A stretch of DNA of 64,000 bases from Podarcis erhardii (taxonomy: Eukaryota). The notes beneath the pieces are model-generated. The model saw only the letters and a program-made list of their open reading frames with translations, had not been told where the DNA came from and searched no databases. How positions within the stretch are numbered: the stretch's first letter is position 1; the number at the start of each line of letters is the position of its first letter. The stretch is taken from NCBI GenBank assembly GCA_964252035.1, contig OZ176204.1. One strand, given 5' to 3'. Positions 36,420 to 49,976 of this stretch are shown here, piece by piece. Both the position numbers and the translations under genes were made by a program.

Positions 36420-37130
36420 TGATGGTATCCAGCTTTATTTCTCTTCCTTCATTCCCAGTGATCCTGATGGATTGGATGATAGCAAATAAACTGAAGTTCA
36501 GACCAGTTGAGTTGGAGATGCTGGTATGGATGGTTCTGTTGATGTGGGGGATAGGTGATTGACCTGTTGCGGACCAGGTAGCATCCCTCTGAGGAGTGGA
36601 TCAGCAGTCAGGAGATCTGGACAAAGCATTCTTTCTTGACTTTATGGTGGCATCTGTTGCTAGGAATACCTTTTAGCAGCTCTGTCTGGCTTGGCAGTTG
36701 ATCCTGGGGTGTGGGTGTGTGGGTGTTAGATTGGGCTAGTGTAATGCAATGCTTGTGGGCTATTTTTTACTCATTCAGAAAATTCACCTGGTGCAGAATG
36801 TGGTGGCCAGGGTATTAAGAACTGGGTAGGTGGGGAACATAATATGAGGACTCAAAGAACTGAACTGGCTTCTAGTTTCTGAATAGAATTCAACATGTTG
36901 ACAGTTTTAAAATCATAAATAGACTAGATGCCAGAAGTAATAGAAAAAGAGATCTAGTTCCTAAATTTAAAAAACACATTCTAATTTAGGTGGCTACAAG
37001 AGCAGATCCTTTTCTAAGTGGTATCCCCTCTGGAATTCCTTGCCATTTTCCAGAGGCTGATGAAGATACCTGTTCACACACACAATACTTTATGGTATGA
37101 AATGGTTGCGAAACAGTAGATGCTGCTGCT
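36420..37130 (+). mobile_element. L2 LINE fragment, decayed
   Basis: DWMIANKLKFRP remnant and LVQNVVARV-coding segment near 36790. Confidence 0.7.
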
Positions 37131-38744
37131 TGATGTAGTTATTGTTCTTATTGTTTTTTGTTCTCAAAGCAGCTTACATAAACAATCATATTCCTAAAGG
37201 ATGGGTTGAAAGCCACACTGAATTACCTGAAGTCCCTTAGTTACTTCTTGTGGCATATGGGAGTTAAGTGACCAAGTAAATCTCACTGGATTCAAGAATC
37301 TGAATGGAACCTAAAGCTTTTTGCACTGGTGCAAAAGGGAGTGGTAACGAAATGGTTAAATAATGTGTCAGAATAAGGAAGTTTGGGTCTTGTTCTTGAC
37401 TCTGATGTTGGCTTGCCGGTGACCTCCAGAAAAGCAATTAACCTTTGTCCTTCTATAAAGGGAAAGGCAGTTATAACAATAATATAGGCACCCTGTTGTT
37501 ACCACAGAGACCAGTATAGAATAAAAAGGATTTCTTTGTCAAAAGACTAGATAGGAATACTTACTCTTTTTTCCTGTTTAGCATCATCCAGTTGAGCCCT
37601 TTAATTGTTCTTGTTTTTTTCTTCTGTAATCCCCACCAACATACATCATTTTTGAGATTATGCTATATCCTAATATTCTATGTTTTTTTAAGCTAGTAAA
37701 GAGTTAAAAGGTGATCAAGAGAAGGACCCCTATTGCATCACAGAGGTGTTACAGAGTATACACAGCTTGTTTGGGTGATACTTGTAGCATAAAGAGCCAA
37801 AGTGAGGGTGTAATTTCTCTGTAAGGACAAGGGGGAAAGTGGGGTGCCACAATTCTATGGGTTCCCTCATAAACACTTTGAGAGCTTTTTAACTATCAGT
37901 TGATTAGTTCCATTCTGAAAGCTTTGCATTTAAATTCTGCACCAGATCCTATTTCCCTTATCTGTGCTCTACTTGCCTTGGTTGCCAAGGTTCTTAAATG
38001 TCTTTAGATGTACTGTATATAATTCTAGATGTTTGCTTCTGAAAATCCTAATCTGACTGTTAGATATCTAGATACAACTTTCTGGAGGACTGAAGAATTA
38101 TTTCCCACTTTTAGGCACCACAGTGGATTTTTCCAACTTGCTTAGGTTTTATATGATTACTTCCGTTAATTCTGCTGATATACATTTTGATTTTGTGCTT
38201 CTGTAGAAAATAATTAACATTGATTAAAATAGGAAAATTAGAAGTACCTTGTCACCCAGGTACCTAATGGGTTCATTCTGACGACACTGAAGTGTTTGAA
38301 GTATTTTTTCTACCTCTGCATTCAAGGTTAATGGATACTTAATAGCAATGAATAAATTACTCCCCTTTTTGTTTTTTATAGATTGAGGATTTGCTCTGCC
38401 ATTCACCAAAAACTGGCTACTGTTTTTATCCTGTTCCAAAGCTGTAAATGTAGCACTGTTGACTTCCATTTTAGGATTTTTTTCTTTTAAAAATGGAATA
38501 GATCTTCCTCATGCTTCTTAAATTCTTTTGTATAAAGCTGACTTGACCTAGCTATTGCTTTGCTTTCCTTGTTACAATAGTTCCAAGTAGCACATTTTTA
38601 AAAATCTTACTTTACAACACTCTGGGGTTGTGCCTGCAGTTCAGCCTGTGATTTTCCCATTTGTCAATGGGACTTAATCCTATGCATGACTACCCAAAAG
38701 AAAGTCCCATTCAATAACAGCATAATCCTGTACATGTTTACACA

Positions 38745-40060
38745 GAATGGTCTAAAACAGTTCATTAAGTGGTCAGTCTGTGAGTGTTTAGAAAAGAATG
38801 CTGCGATTACAAAGAGCCAGGATGGGTTTCTCAAGAGCAAGTCATGCCAGACTAACCTTATTTTCTTGTTTTGTTGATAGAGCTACTAGTTGGGTAGATG
38901 AAAGGAATGTTGTAGACATAGAATATCTTGATTTCAGCAAGGATTTTGACAGTATCCTCTACAGTATTCTTGTTGGCAAGCTGCTAAAATGTGGGATAAA
39001 CAATGCTACTATTAGAGGGATTTATAGTTGACTGATGGAGCATACTCAATGAATGCTCATCGCTGGCTCCTCAGTAGCTTGGAGAGAAGTAATATGTGGG
39101 GTGCTGCAGAATTCTGCCCTGGTCCACTGTTGTTCAACATCTTCCTTAATGACTTCGACAAAGGAATAGTGAGGAATGTTCATCAAATTTGCAGATGACA
39201 AAAAATTGGAAGGGTAGCTTATCTCACTTGTCAGAAGCAGAATTCAAGATGAACTTAACAGGATGGAGAATTGGGCAAAGACAAACATGAATTTCAATAG
39301 TTAAATGTAAAGTTCTGCATTTAAGTAGGCAAAATTAGGCACAAGTACAGCATGGATGACATCTGGTTTGATGGCAGTACATGTGAAAATGATCTAGAGA
39401 TTTTAGGAGACCATAAGCTAAATATGAGCCAGCAATTCAGGTTGACAGCTGAAAAGGCAAGGGAGTTTTAGGCTGCATCTATACAATATACAATAGAAGT
39501 GTACTCTATACAATAGAAGTATAGTGTCCAGACCTTGAGAAGTAAAAACTATTTTGGTTTGGTCAGACCTCACCTAGAATAAACTCTCCTTTTCTGGATA
39601 CTGCAGTTTGGGAAGCAACTTGACAAACTGAAACATATACAGAGGAGAGTGACATAGGTAACAAACAGTCTGGAAACGAAGTCCTATGAAGAAAAATGGA
39701 AGGAATTGGGTTCGTCTGAAGAAGAAATTATTAAGAGATGAAAAGAGAGCCTCATTAGATATTTGAAGGGCTCTCTTACGTAGATTATGGTACTCCCCCC
39801 ACTCCCAAATTGATCCAGTGGGTGGAATCTGAACCAACAGGTACAAATTACAAGAAAGACGATTTTGACCGAAGACTAGGAAAACATTCTGATGGAATGA
39901 GCTGTTCAACAGAGGAATAGGCTGCCTTGAAAGGTGTTGGACTCTCCTTTTGTTGGAGGCTTTTAATTTAAGCAGAGGCTGGATTGCCATCTATTTGGGA
40001 TGCTGTAGTCATTTTGTTCCTTCACCAGCAGGTTGCTGGCCTAGATGACTGAGTTCTGTT
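38745..40060 (+). mobile_element. CR1 LINE 3' fragment, decayed
   Basis: RT remnants SQDGFLKSKSCQTNLI, DIEYLDFSKDFD, FADD codons near 39187; many stops and frameshifts. Confidence 0.9.
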
Positions 40061-42733
40061 CTAATTCGTATGGGAGGAATTCAGTGTAGTGCTAAAGAGA
40101 TGATTCCATCAGTGCAATCTTTTTAGCTTTCCAGAAAGAACAGTCCCACTCTCCCAGCGTGCTGTTCTGGAGGTTCCCCCACCCCAATTTGGGGGTGGGG
40201 GTGGAGTGAAGAGCAAAAGGGCCTGTAGTGCTAGCAGAAGACCTAGTGCTGGCTTGCACTAGTGGAACTCATTTGAATCCGGCCTATGATTCTACATCCA
40301 ACTGTGTTCTGTGTGACTCACTCCCTGGTAAGTGTGCTTAGGATTGTAGTTTTACTTTGAGGCAAGACTGTAAAGGGTTAAATGCATCCTTAAATGCATA
40401 AAGTTGTGGTCTCTATGCAACTGAGGTTTGGATGATAGTTTATAATTATACAACAAGATGCTCTTCAAAGTTTTGCTTTTCCCTTTCCCCGTGAAGCTTC
40501 ACACACAAGGGATGCAACTCATATCTCAGTGGAATTTACAAAATAATATTTTAAAATGTCTTGACATAGAAGAGTCATGCTGAAAGGAGCCAAAATAATT
40601 ACTAATTTGATAAGCTAAGCCTGGCAGGGTAATTTTGTCAGACAAGGAAAAGCCCTGTCGTGTTTTATCTATCCCATGAGAGAGAGAATGCAGAAGAATA
40701 CAAGGTCAAGTTGTAGTGATATAGGAGTTTGGATGGGTAGTCTGAAATCCAAATTAATTTTGGCAGTACTCTTTGATTAGGAAATTGAGCAGTGCAGTGA
40801 CAAAATAAATTTAAGATGACAATTGCTGTTTAGTTCAGGCACTTGGGGAAAGTAGGGGGCATTCTTTGCTGGTAGAGATATGAGTGAACATCACTAACTT
40901 CATTTTGCACATAGTTGGAGTTCAAGAAAAACTGTATTTAATTGGTAACTGTATTTAATGTCTTGCATAGCATTGTAGAGACTGAGAGAAGTTGTCCTTG
41001 GAATTCAACATGGTTGAAATAGAAATGACGTGTGGATGGAGAATGCTAATATCATCCATGTATATGCTAGCCTGTTATAGTAAAAGTATGGTGCGAATTA
41101 TAAAAACCAACAGCCATGTGACACCTTAAAAGACCAACAATTTTGTTTGCTAGACTATAAGATGCTACATGACTTTTGTTTTTTTGCTGCAACAGTAACT
41201 TCAATGACTTTCTGGAAATTCTGAAATTGGAACCTGTTCCATGTAGGATCCTTTGCTTAGAAAATAAAATAGAGTGAAAAGTGCTCCTGCATGGAAGATG
41301 TAGATTGTGTTCCTTAAAGGAGCACAAGAAGTCTGCATAATAGTGTATTGCACAAGAGGAAGCTGACAGAAAAAATACTTCAGAACAGACTAAAGAGGCT
41401 CTTAAAATAATATTTAGTGGCACTATAAATCAATGATTTTATCACATAATAACCCCAGTCTGTCCCCAAAATGCTGGTGCTGATAGAAACAAAAAGGTAA
41501 GTATTTCCACTTAGGTTGGGAATGTTGGCCATAGCAGCTTTTGTGGAGATGGTGTTCCTAGAAATTAATTTAATAACAAAAGAGGAATTGATACCAATCC
41601 CTTTGTTAGCATTACTGGGCATATGGGGTAAGCCCAAGTGAAGATGGTTTGGACGAATAATTGATTCTATATTTTTTGCTAGCCCCCAGGATTGTTATCA
41701 CAAGAAGGTTTATCAGGATTTATGTTATAGTCAAATCTGTTTCATAGCCATTGCTGAAAAATTAACTCAAAATTAAAATATGCTAGTGGACAAACAAAAA
41801 AAAGATTCATTTTCAAATGCGTGGCAAGAATTTATTTTATGTACATTAATAATGCTAACAATGTTCAAACGGCTCTTGTGAAATATGCTACTATACTGAA
41901 TTCTAAGTGTCTTCGCAGCTGTAAGTGACAGTATTGTAAGACCTGGAGGACATCCTGATATTTCTATATCAAATCTTTTCAGAAAAATTACTATCCCACA
42001 ACACCAAGGATAATAATTATTTTTCCCAGGGATTGTGAATGAAACAACCCAGTTTGCATTTTTTGGGTGTGGATGTTTTAATTTTAATGTAATTGTAGTG
42101 CATTGTATTTTTTGTTTCATTATTCTTATGTATTCTTTTATGTTGTTGAAGTATATGTTCTTGCTTAAATAAATAAAAAAGATTCAAAAAGAAATGGTTG
42201 TTTTGTGAAAATTATGTATTCATTCCCTCACTTGTTGCAGAAGACAACAAGAGGCCTATTGGGTTTCATTCTGCCACATGATATTAATTGTAGCAGAGGA
42301 AATGAGGGCAGGGATGTTTGCCATGTCCCATCAGTTGCATTCCAGTTGTCCTCTGTGAGTTGGAGGGCAACCATCTCTCATTGGTAGGGTTCTAACATTT
42401 GCAAGGAGCCTACAACGTCAGAGCAGACTCCCAGCTGCAAACAACCATCTTCCAGTTTAACAGGTAACATGACGGAGGGAGTTGAAGCATCTTCACTTTG
42501 TTACATCTTCACCTGGTGCCTGGCGAATTTCACACATTGGTATTTAATTATATATATTCAAGTATATATGTTAATTGTGTATGTTAAATAATATTAACTA
42601 TATTGCAAACTGTACGATATTGAAATTTAATTCAGTGTGTGGCCCTTGGGTTTTGTGTCAATGTACTCTTGCGGCCCACTTGACCTGAGAGGTTGGACCA
42701 CCCTGTTCTAGAGGTTGATTCCTCTTTGGGTCT

Positions 42734-42866
42734 CAGGTGTGGGTAACGCATGGTCCTCCAGATGTTGCTGAACTACAGCTCCCATAATCTCTAGCAATTG
42801 GCCATGCTTGCTGGGGCTGATGGAAGTTGTAGCTTGTCAACATCTGGAGGGCACAATGTCTTCCTC
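42734..42866. mobile_element. Hairpin MITE
   Basis: ctccagatgttg...aactacagctccc...ggggctgatggaagttgtag...caacatctggag. Confidence 0.7.
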
Positions 42867-44226
42867 AGCACCATTTAGACCAGGTGTGGGGACCAGGTCT
42901 AAAAGGTGCTGAGGGAGACCACAGCATAATTTAGATCAAATGGTGATAACAATTTGGGGTAGGGCAGTAGGACAGAAACACTGATTCCATTATCTTTCTT
43001 CCCTGATGAGCAACTCTGTACACACTGTGGTTTGCATTATTTCTTTTGGGTTTTGGTTTGTTTTGGGGTTTTTTACTCTGTAGTTGACATGGGTACAAGC
43101 AGGAGATATTGTCAATCACTATTTCGGTGATAAACAATGTGGCCCTTGTTTGTGGAGCTGTCAGTGCAGTAGTGAGTTTTTGAAGCACACAGCTTGACCA
43201 GGAGTTCTGAGAAGTGCCTATTGAGCTTTCTTAGCACTGAGGCAGTAAATGAAGGTGTCCTGTTGGGTCACTCCTCTGATTTACACACATTGTGTTTCTG
43301 TTGAAACACCTGAGGCCTTTTGTTTGAGTTTGTGAATAAGCTTCTTTCAGACACCACTAGCACTTTAAAGCCTGTGCTTTCTTTGGGTGGAAGGCAAGAA
43401 CAGGAATGAAGTTTTCCATTCGTAGATTGGTCTTTTAAAACATAATAAATGTTGCTTCCTTTGAAGAAAAAGAAAAAGCCATACCTCTTGAAGTAAATAT
43501 GAATTTTGTTATGTATATGACAAAAATTATGAATCACTGCATCAAGCCTAAGAGTATGAATTAGTTGATGGAAGAAACAGTGTTACCCAATATATGCTAC
43601 ACGTATATGTATTTACCTTTAACTTTCAGGATTCTTGTGTAATTATTTCCATGTAGTGATACTGATTTCCTTCATACAAACTTTGGGTATCTTACAGAAT
43701 GAGCAGAATTCAGTTTCCTTTAAGGGCTGTGCCACATTTTGTATTCATATAAAAACATTTGTATACACCCATTGTATGTATTTATATAGATAAATGTGCA
43801 GTGAAGCTGAATAGGCCACAGCTCCCCATCTTATGTGTATGCAGTGGCAAACACAGGTTGTATGTGGCATGCATCTAAGGACAGGGTCATGAAGAATATT
43901 TGAACAAGTGCATATTCTGAAGCTTTAGCATGGAAAGAAACTAAAATGGCAGTGGCTCTCCCCCTGCATTTGAGACACAAGACACAGTCCCTTCACTCAC
44001 CTATTCTTATCTTATAGAGCACAGTGTGTTTCAAGCAAAGAGTATGTGTACCAAAGTGAGGAGTTTGCAAAGCAGATAACTCCAGGTGACTCAAGAAAGT
44101 TGTGTTACTTTAGGTTGACTCTTAAAATCAAGAGAGGAAAACTGCCTCCATTCTCAAGAAAAAAGTGTTTGCAGAATGAAAAAGATTGGCAAGGGTGGAT
44201 AAATATGCTGGTGGTATGGAGTACAG

Positions 44227-44491
44227 TAGGCACGTCCAGTAGGTAGATAGTGATCTACCGGTATATCACTGGACACTGGTAGATCACTGGCTCCCCCCAA
44301 AGAAGCTCAACAAGTTTGGCTCCCCCCCAAAAGTTCAACATTTAAATTGCCCTGCACCCCCCAAAAAGGAGCTTTCGTCCTCCCTAAAAAAGCTCAACAA
44401 CTTTGACCTGAACCCCTCAAAAGGGGGTAGATCACTGGCAGTCTTTAACTCTGTGAGTAGACCACAGTCTCTCTGGAGTTGGCCACCCCTG
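44227..44491. mobile_element. hAT non-autonomous element
   Basis: Right end GTTGGCCACCCCTG, 8-bp TSD GAGTACAG/AAGTACAG. Confidence 0.7.
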
Positions 44492-44519
44492 AAGTACAGG
44501 ATTGGGAATTCCCTATGGC

Positions 44520-45330
44520 TTATTATTACTGAGTGTCATCTATTTACATTTGCTTTATTGAGAATGAGAGGACAGGTCCCTACCCCAAGGGGCATACAGT
44601 CTCACAGTTGACACAAGGGAAGCAACAGATGAAGAGTAAGGAAATGGAGGGAAAGATGAACAGGGTAGAAATGTGCAATCACACACACACACTTTGGATT
44701 TGTTTCAGTAGGCTATTGGCAACAAAGAATCTTTTAGCACCTTAAAGGCTAACAGGTTTATTACCGCATATGCTTTTGTAGAACAGAGGCCACATGATCA
44801 AATGTATTATGTGTTCTCTTTGGCTTGCCTGTGGGTGTACAGAAGAAAATTGTAAGCTGTGGGGGTCAAATGGCAATGAATTTCAGAAAAAAGCACTGTG
44901 ACAAGTCGGTTAAGTGGGGTATTAAGACTAAAGAATTGTCCCAAAAGCTTCACAGAAGAGGTGAGTTTAAAGGAGGGATCTGAAGGAAGAAATTGGGGGC
45001 GGGGATCCTCACGTAAGTTCTCTGGTGGCAGTTCCCAGTACTAGGGGCAGGAAGGAGAAAAGGAGTTGTTTCAGGAAGCAAGAAGGTTGTAACTTGAAGA
45101 GTCAAGGGTTTAGATGGATACAGAAGGATAAAAGCACAGAGAAATGCAAGGCAAAGCCACGGCGCGTTTTGAAGGTAAGAACAAGAAGCTTGTGCAAAAA
45201 GCAGGCAGGATGTTTTTGAGGATTTAAGGAGTGGTGAGATATGTGAATAATTTTTGCAGTAGATGGATATTGGTGGATTAAGGTGACCAGAGAGGAGGAG
45301 ATTTCACTAATCAAGGCAAGAAATGATCAG
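44520..45330 (-). mobile_element. Old L2-like 3' region
   Basis: Begins with ttattattact and ccctaccccaaggggcatacagtct, resembling the reverse complement of L2 3' ends; purine-rich body. Confidence 0.5.
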
Positions 45331-45585
45331 TGTGGAGCAGCATTTTTGCTATGAGGACAAAGAGGGAAGGCCATACTTTGTTTGTAAAGGAAGAAACCAC
45401 ATGATTCTGACTGAATCTTTGGGATCGTCAGGCTCTCTAGTATTTCTGCTCACATTTTCTGCAATCTGTGGAGTATTGATATTACTGGTGACTTGGTGCC
45501 AATTCTCAAATTGAAGTTTAAGCCACAGAACTCATAAAATATTGATAACTGACAGGCCTTGTGACCTGGAGTGGATTGTGAAATA

Positions 45586-45802
45586 CAGTGGTACCTCGGG
45601 TTACAAAAACCTCGGGTTACAAACACTTCAGGTTACAGACTCTGCTAACCTGGAAGTAGTACCTCAGGTTAAGAACTTTACCTCAGGATGAGAACAAAAA
45701 TTGCAGCGTGGCAGCAGTGGGAGGCCCCCTTAGCTAAAGTGGTACCTCAGGTTAAGAACGGACCTCCGGAACGAATTAAGTTCGTAACCAGAGGTATCAC
45801 TG
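45586..45802. mobile_element. Tc1/mariner MITE
   Basis: CAGTGGTACCTCGGG...GAGGTATCACTG with TA flanks. Confidence 0.88.
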
Positions 45803-46477
45803 TACATAGTTGATGGGTAGTTCAGATTTCCCTCATCACCAAGAAATTTAATTGAGAAATTTATTTGAGATAACTGCATGCTAGAAATTACCGTTTTTTG
45901 GATGGACAGGCTTGGTCTTCCAGTTTGACCTAATTTTTAAACAAGGTGCAAAGTAAGGCTACAAGCTTTACAGCATGTATTTTTCCCCTCTGATAAGGGA
46001 TACTTACTCCCAGGCAAATGTACACAGAATTGAAGCCTAAGTAGATTAACTGATATTAATGATTAAAATGTGGCCTACTTGATTGGTTGAGACAAAGAAA
46101 ATGTAGGGTCTGGTATCATGCAAGCTGCACAGATTAGGCTCCATATGCTGTATCTAATGAAAAAAACCTTTAAAAATGAATTTTCCTTCAAATGTTCCTC
46201 AAAAACTAGCAAGCAGTTTGCTTGGGGGGTTTAAATTGCTCTACATCTCTTGCATCAGGAACTTCAGGCAGTTGACATAGAAAGCACTTATCTAAAAATG
46301 GTGATTTATCTAATAACTCGGTTTTTCCACAGTGATGCAGATCATGGGCCTTGAATTTGTTTATTTTTCTGAACCCATTTCTGATGTAGTTACAATTTCC
46401 AAACTAATTACGTTTGTTTGGAATCTTGACTTAAATGTGTGTTTTCTACTTGCTTTAAGGTAGGGTTGAGGAATATG

Positions 46478-46592
46478 TGGCTTTCAAAGTCCTGTTGGAC
46501 TTCCAACTCCCCTCATACTTGATCACTGGCCCTGCTCACTGGGGCTGATGGGAGTTGGAGTCTAACAATATTTGGAGGTCGGCAGGTTCTCC
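46478..46592. mobile_element. Hairpin MITE
   Basis: gttggacttccaactccc...ggggctgatgggagttggagtctaac. Confidence 0.6.
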
Positions 46593-47586
46593 TGGCCTAT
46601 TCTAAGGCATTTTCAGATGGCAGTTGACACCTTTTAAATGACCTGTAACCATTAGGCTGGCAAGGTTGGTGGAGTGGGAGGAAGACCTGAATCCAGGAAG
46701 GCTTCCAGAGCAGAAGACAAGTGTACAGCTGGGATAACCAGAGACAGCTGTGGACCTGTTTGTTTCCCACTCACTTTGATACCTTTTTAAAATTAAAAAA
46801 AAAAAAATACAGCTCAGATGAAGATTCATAGGCAAAATCTCATGGTCCTTTCTTTCCATATATGGGTCAGCATATGACCAGCTTGGCCAATAAATGTTAG
46901 AGGGTTCTCATATTAAAGTCCATTCGGTGCTAAAAATGTGTGTAATTTCCAAAGTTTTACTTTTCACTTAACCAGGGCAGTTTATTGAAAACTAGATGTC
47001 ACTTTAAAAATAGAAAATTTTCCCCCTTCTGGTGGTCTTGCACATCTTTTAGTTTGCATAGAAAGATGAAAAATCTTGCTAAAAAATATCTAAGCAAGGC
47101 CAGCTGAACCATATGACTGCTGCAGGTTCCTTGCAGTCTCCTTACTAATCCATTCTATTTCTCCCCCCTTTCCCTTTGTATGCAATGTGACGTTTCCACC
47201 CTTCATTCTGCTTACATGGCAGAATTGTTCACCCCATGCTGAATAGTGACTCTGCATGGGAAAAGACAGCAGGTGAACTGGAGCCCTTATGCTTAGAGCA
47301 GGGCAAAAAGTATTAATTGATTAATTGGTGTAATGAATGGATATATCTGTAATTGTTAGAAAAGGATGCAGCGTGCTGAGGGCAGATGACATCTGCGTGA
47401 ATCTCTTTATACAGGCAATATCTTTGAGGCACTTTTCCAAAGAGTAAATCACCTGTGGCATTTGGTTAACAGGAACTATTACCTTTATTAAATACCATGT
47501 AAAATATTAACTAAGTTGACATATTGACATAATGCTGCCCATCCCTTGGCTGTGGTTAAGGAAGCTGGAGCAGGCAATGGAATATA

Positions 47587-47737
47587 CCACATTTTCCATG
47601 TATAAGACGCCTCCTATTTTGGGGGACTCTGGTTTAAGAAAAGGGGGGGTGGAGATCTATCCGTGTATAAGATGCTCCCAAATTTTGGACATTATTTTTT
47701 AGGGAAAAAACCTAGTCTTTTACACAGAAAATTACAG
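47587..47737. mobile_element. Tc2/pogo-like MITE
   Basis: TA-CCACATTTTCCATGTATAAGAC...GTCTTTTACACAGAAAATTACAG-TA imperfect TIRs. Confidence 0.6.
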
Positions 47738-47933
47738 TATATGCTCCCTTCCTTACATTTGTAGAACCGTAGAGTTAGAGGAGCCTTTGAGGCAAACTAG
47801 TAATCTCATCCTTCTTCTGCTGCCTGTCTCCAGTAATGTCTTCCCAAACCTTAACTTTATTCAGTGCTGCTCATGATTTCAGTCAGTTTTAAACCCTGGT
47901 TTGGAGCAAACCTTAGTGTTAGCTACAGTTAAC

Positions 47934-48113
47934 CTGTATTTACTAGAGTCTAATGCTCCATCGAATCGAATGCGCATCTCAATTTTCAGAACCTTGAAAC
48001 CAAAAAAGTATTTGCTGGCTAATGTAAATGTGCCATCGAATCTAATGCACACCTTAATTTTTGCAACGTAATTTGGCCAAAAAAAGGTGTGCATTAGATT
48101 CAAGTAAATACAG
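47934..48113. mobile_element. Tc2/pogo-like MITE
   Basis: Imperfect TIR CTGTATTTACTAGAGTCTAATGC / GCATTAGATTCAAGTAAATACAG, internal duplication. Confidence 0.6.
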
Positions 48114-48594
48114 TAATTGTAGACATGATGGTGACTAGCTGTTATTAAGACCTGGTGGGGAAGAAGGACAAATTTGTACAATTGAGAGCAAGTAGTACAC
48201 CATGGCTAAGGGACTGGCATGATAAATGCCTACATTAGCTAAAGTAAAACTTGTTTTAATCAGTTAATTAATTGCTCAAAAATCCACTAAAAGCATTGAC
48301 TACCTTACATTAGGACATTCTTGTGACCTATGGTGTAACATGTCTTCAAGATACTTAATTGAGCTGATGTGATCTTAAGCATGACGTGTGTTGTGTTTCC
48401 TATTCCTTCCCACCCTCCCTTCCTGCTTTTCTCTAAAGGGAATATTCAGGTTGGTAATGTGTGGATATGTGGAAGCTACTCCAATCTCTTACGGTCAGCT
48501 ATAACTCTTCTGAAAACGTCAGCCCCAGAAGTTCCTGTAATCTGTGCCATCCTGTTTCATACAGTCCCATCTCATAGTTGTCCTTTCTCTGCAG

Positions 48595-48702
48595 TGCTCT
48601 ATGCCCCGGTCTCTGTGGCTGGGTTGCTCCAACCTGGCGGACAGCATGCCCTCGCTGCGATGCCTCTATAACCCAGGGACTGGCGCACTCACAGCTTTCC
48701 AG
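48595..48702 (+). CDS. BTRC: BTRC exon 2, 108-nt in-frame cassette exon
   Basis: Translates CSMPRSLWLGCSNLADSMPSLRCLYNPGTGALTAFQ, the 36-aa insert of the long beta-TrCP1 isoform. Acceptor gtcctttctctgcAG, donor CAG|GTACTC, phase 0/0. Confidence 0.97.
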
Positions 48703-49976
48703 GTACTCTCTCACTCTCTCTCTCTCTCTCTGGGTGTGTCTCCTGCTTGTGCTTTTGCTTTCATTAACTTTTCCATTAGTAGTAGTAGTAATAGTGGTAG
48801 TATTTGCTTCATAGTTGTGTTTCCTTTATGTTGTCCAGACTAATAAATGCCATCCACATCTTGTATAGAACCACAGTTGACCGCTAATGCAACAATGTCA
48901 GATACAGATAGAATTGGAAACTTTTTGCTCAGCTCTAGTAAGAATGCTTGGCCCAAAATGCAAGATTTGGTTATTACTTCTCACTTTGACCTGGATGTAC
49001 TACAGTTGATGCCTTAATTTTACTACTCTACATTTAGGGGGGGTGGAGGTGGTATGTATTTGATTATTAAATATGGATAGGAATACACTGACAGTTGGTA
49101 ACTTGTATTTAAGCCAGTTGAGTCTCTGGTCTATTGCTGCTGTCATGTGCACGTACTTTTTCCATCTAGCTGCATGAAAGAGTTGTGATGGGGGGGGGGG
49201 GGCAGGAATAGAAGCAGAACAGCAAACTTTGGTCTTTTAATTTTTGCTTCTTCCCACCTACATTAAGTACTTATGGGGGGTGTTTTTTCTGTTTCTTGGA
49301 ACTGAGGCTCAGGGGCTTCCTCACTAGTCCCCACCCCCTAGTTCACAAAACCAGTTTTCTTACTTTCTTTCAAAAAAAGATTTAGGCTTTCAGTTGCCTG
49401 GACTGGTTCTATAGGTGGCCAAGTTGTTCTGCTATTCAGGAAATGTGTGTGGCTTGTTCTTTCAAACATTATCATATGCATTAGAGGATGAGAGCAATTA
49501 TGCCATTTAAAATAAGAAGAATCCATGAGAATTGTCTTTGATTCCAACCATCAATTCCAATCCATAACACCAAAACAAATCCTTCAGCAGGTTTCTTGCT
49601 GACATATATTTTCAAAGAATTTACATCCTGCTTTCCTATCTAGCAATACTTTAAACAGATCATTAAAATACAGTTTCAGATCAGCAGATACAAATGCCAA
49701 AGGGGCAGTGGAACTGCAAAGTTTTCATTGTTGGTCAAAAGGAAAGCAGAGATGGGAGTTAAGCAGCCTTCTCTCAGGGGGATATTTCTTTACGCTCATC
49801 ACAACTGAAAAGGTCCTGTGTACCTCATGCTGAGTCATGGGGACGTACATATAAAACTCTTGTGCTAAAAATCTTTCAGAATTTATAGGAGTGTTGGCAG
49901 TTGTCCTTGAAGTAGGGTTACAGACTCCCAATTCATTCCTTTTAGGGGGTCAGTATTCATGGTGCACTTCCATCCC

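Larger units (their letters stand above)
17763..48594 (+). other. BTRC: BTRC intron 1 (about 30.8 kb, GT-AG)
   Basis: Bounded by the exon 1 donor and exon 2 acceptor. Confidence 0.9.

Noticed and set aside
48544-48843. 99-aa ORF extending beyond exon 2
   Set aside because: Only 48595-48702 matches beta-TrCP1 and is bounded by splice sites; the rest is intronic read-through.
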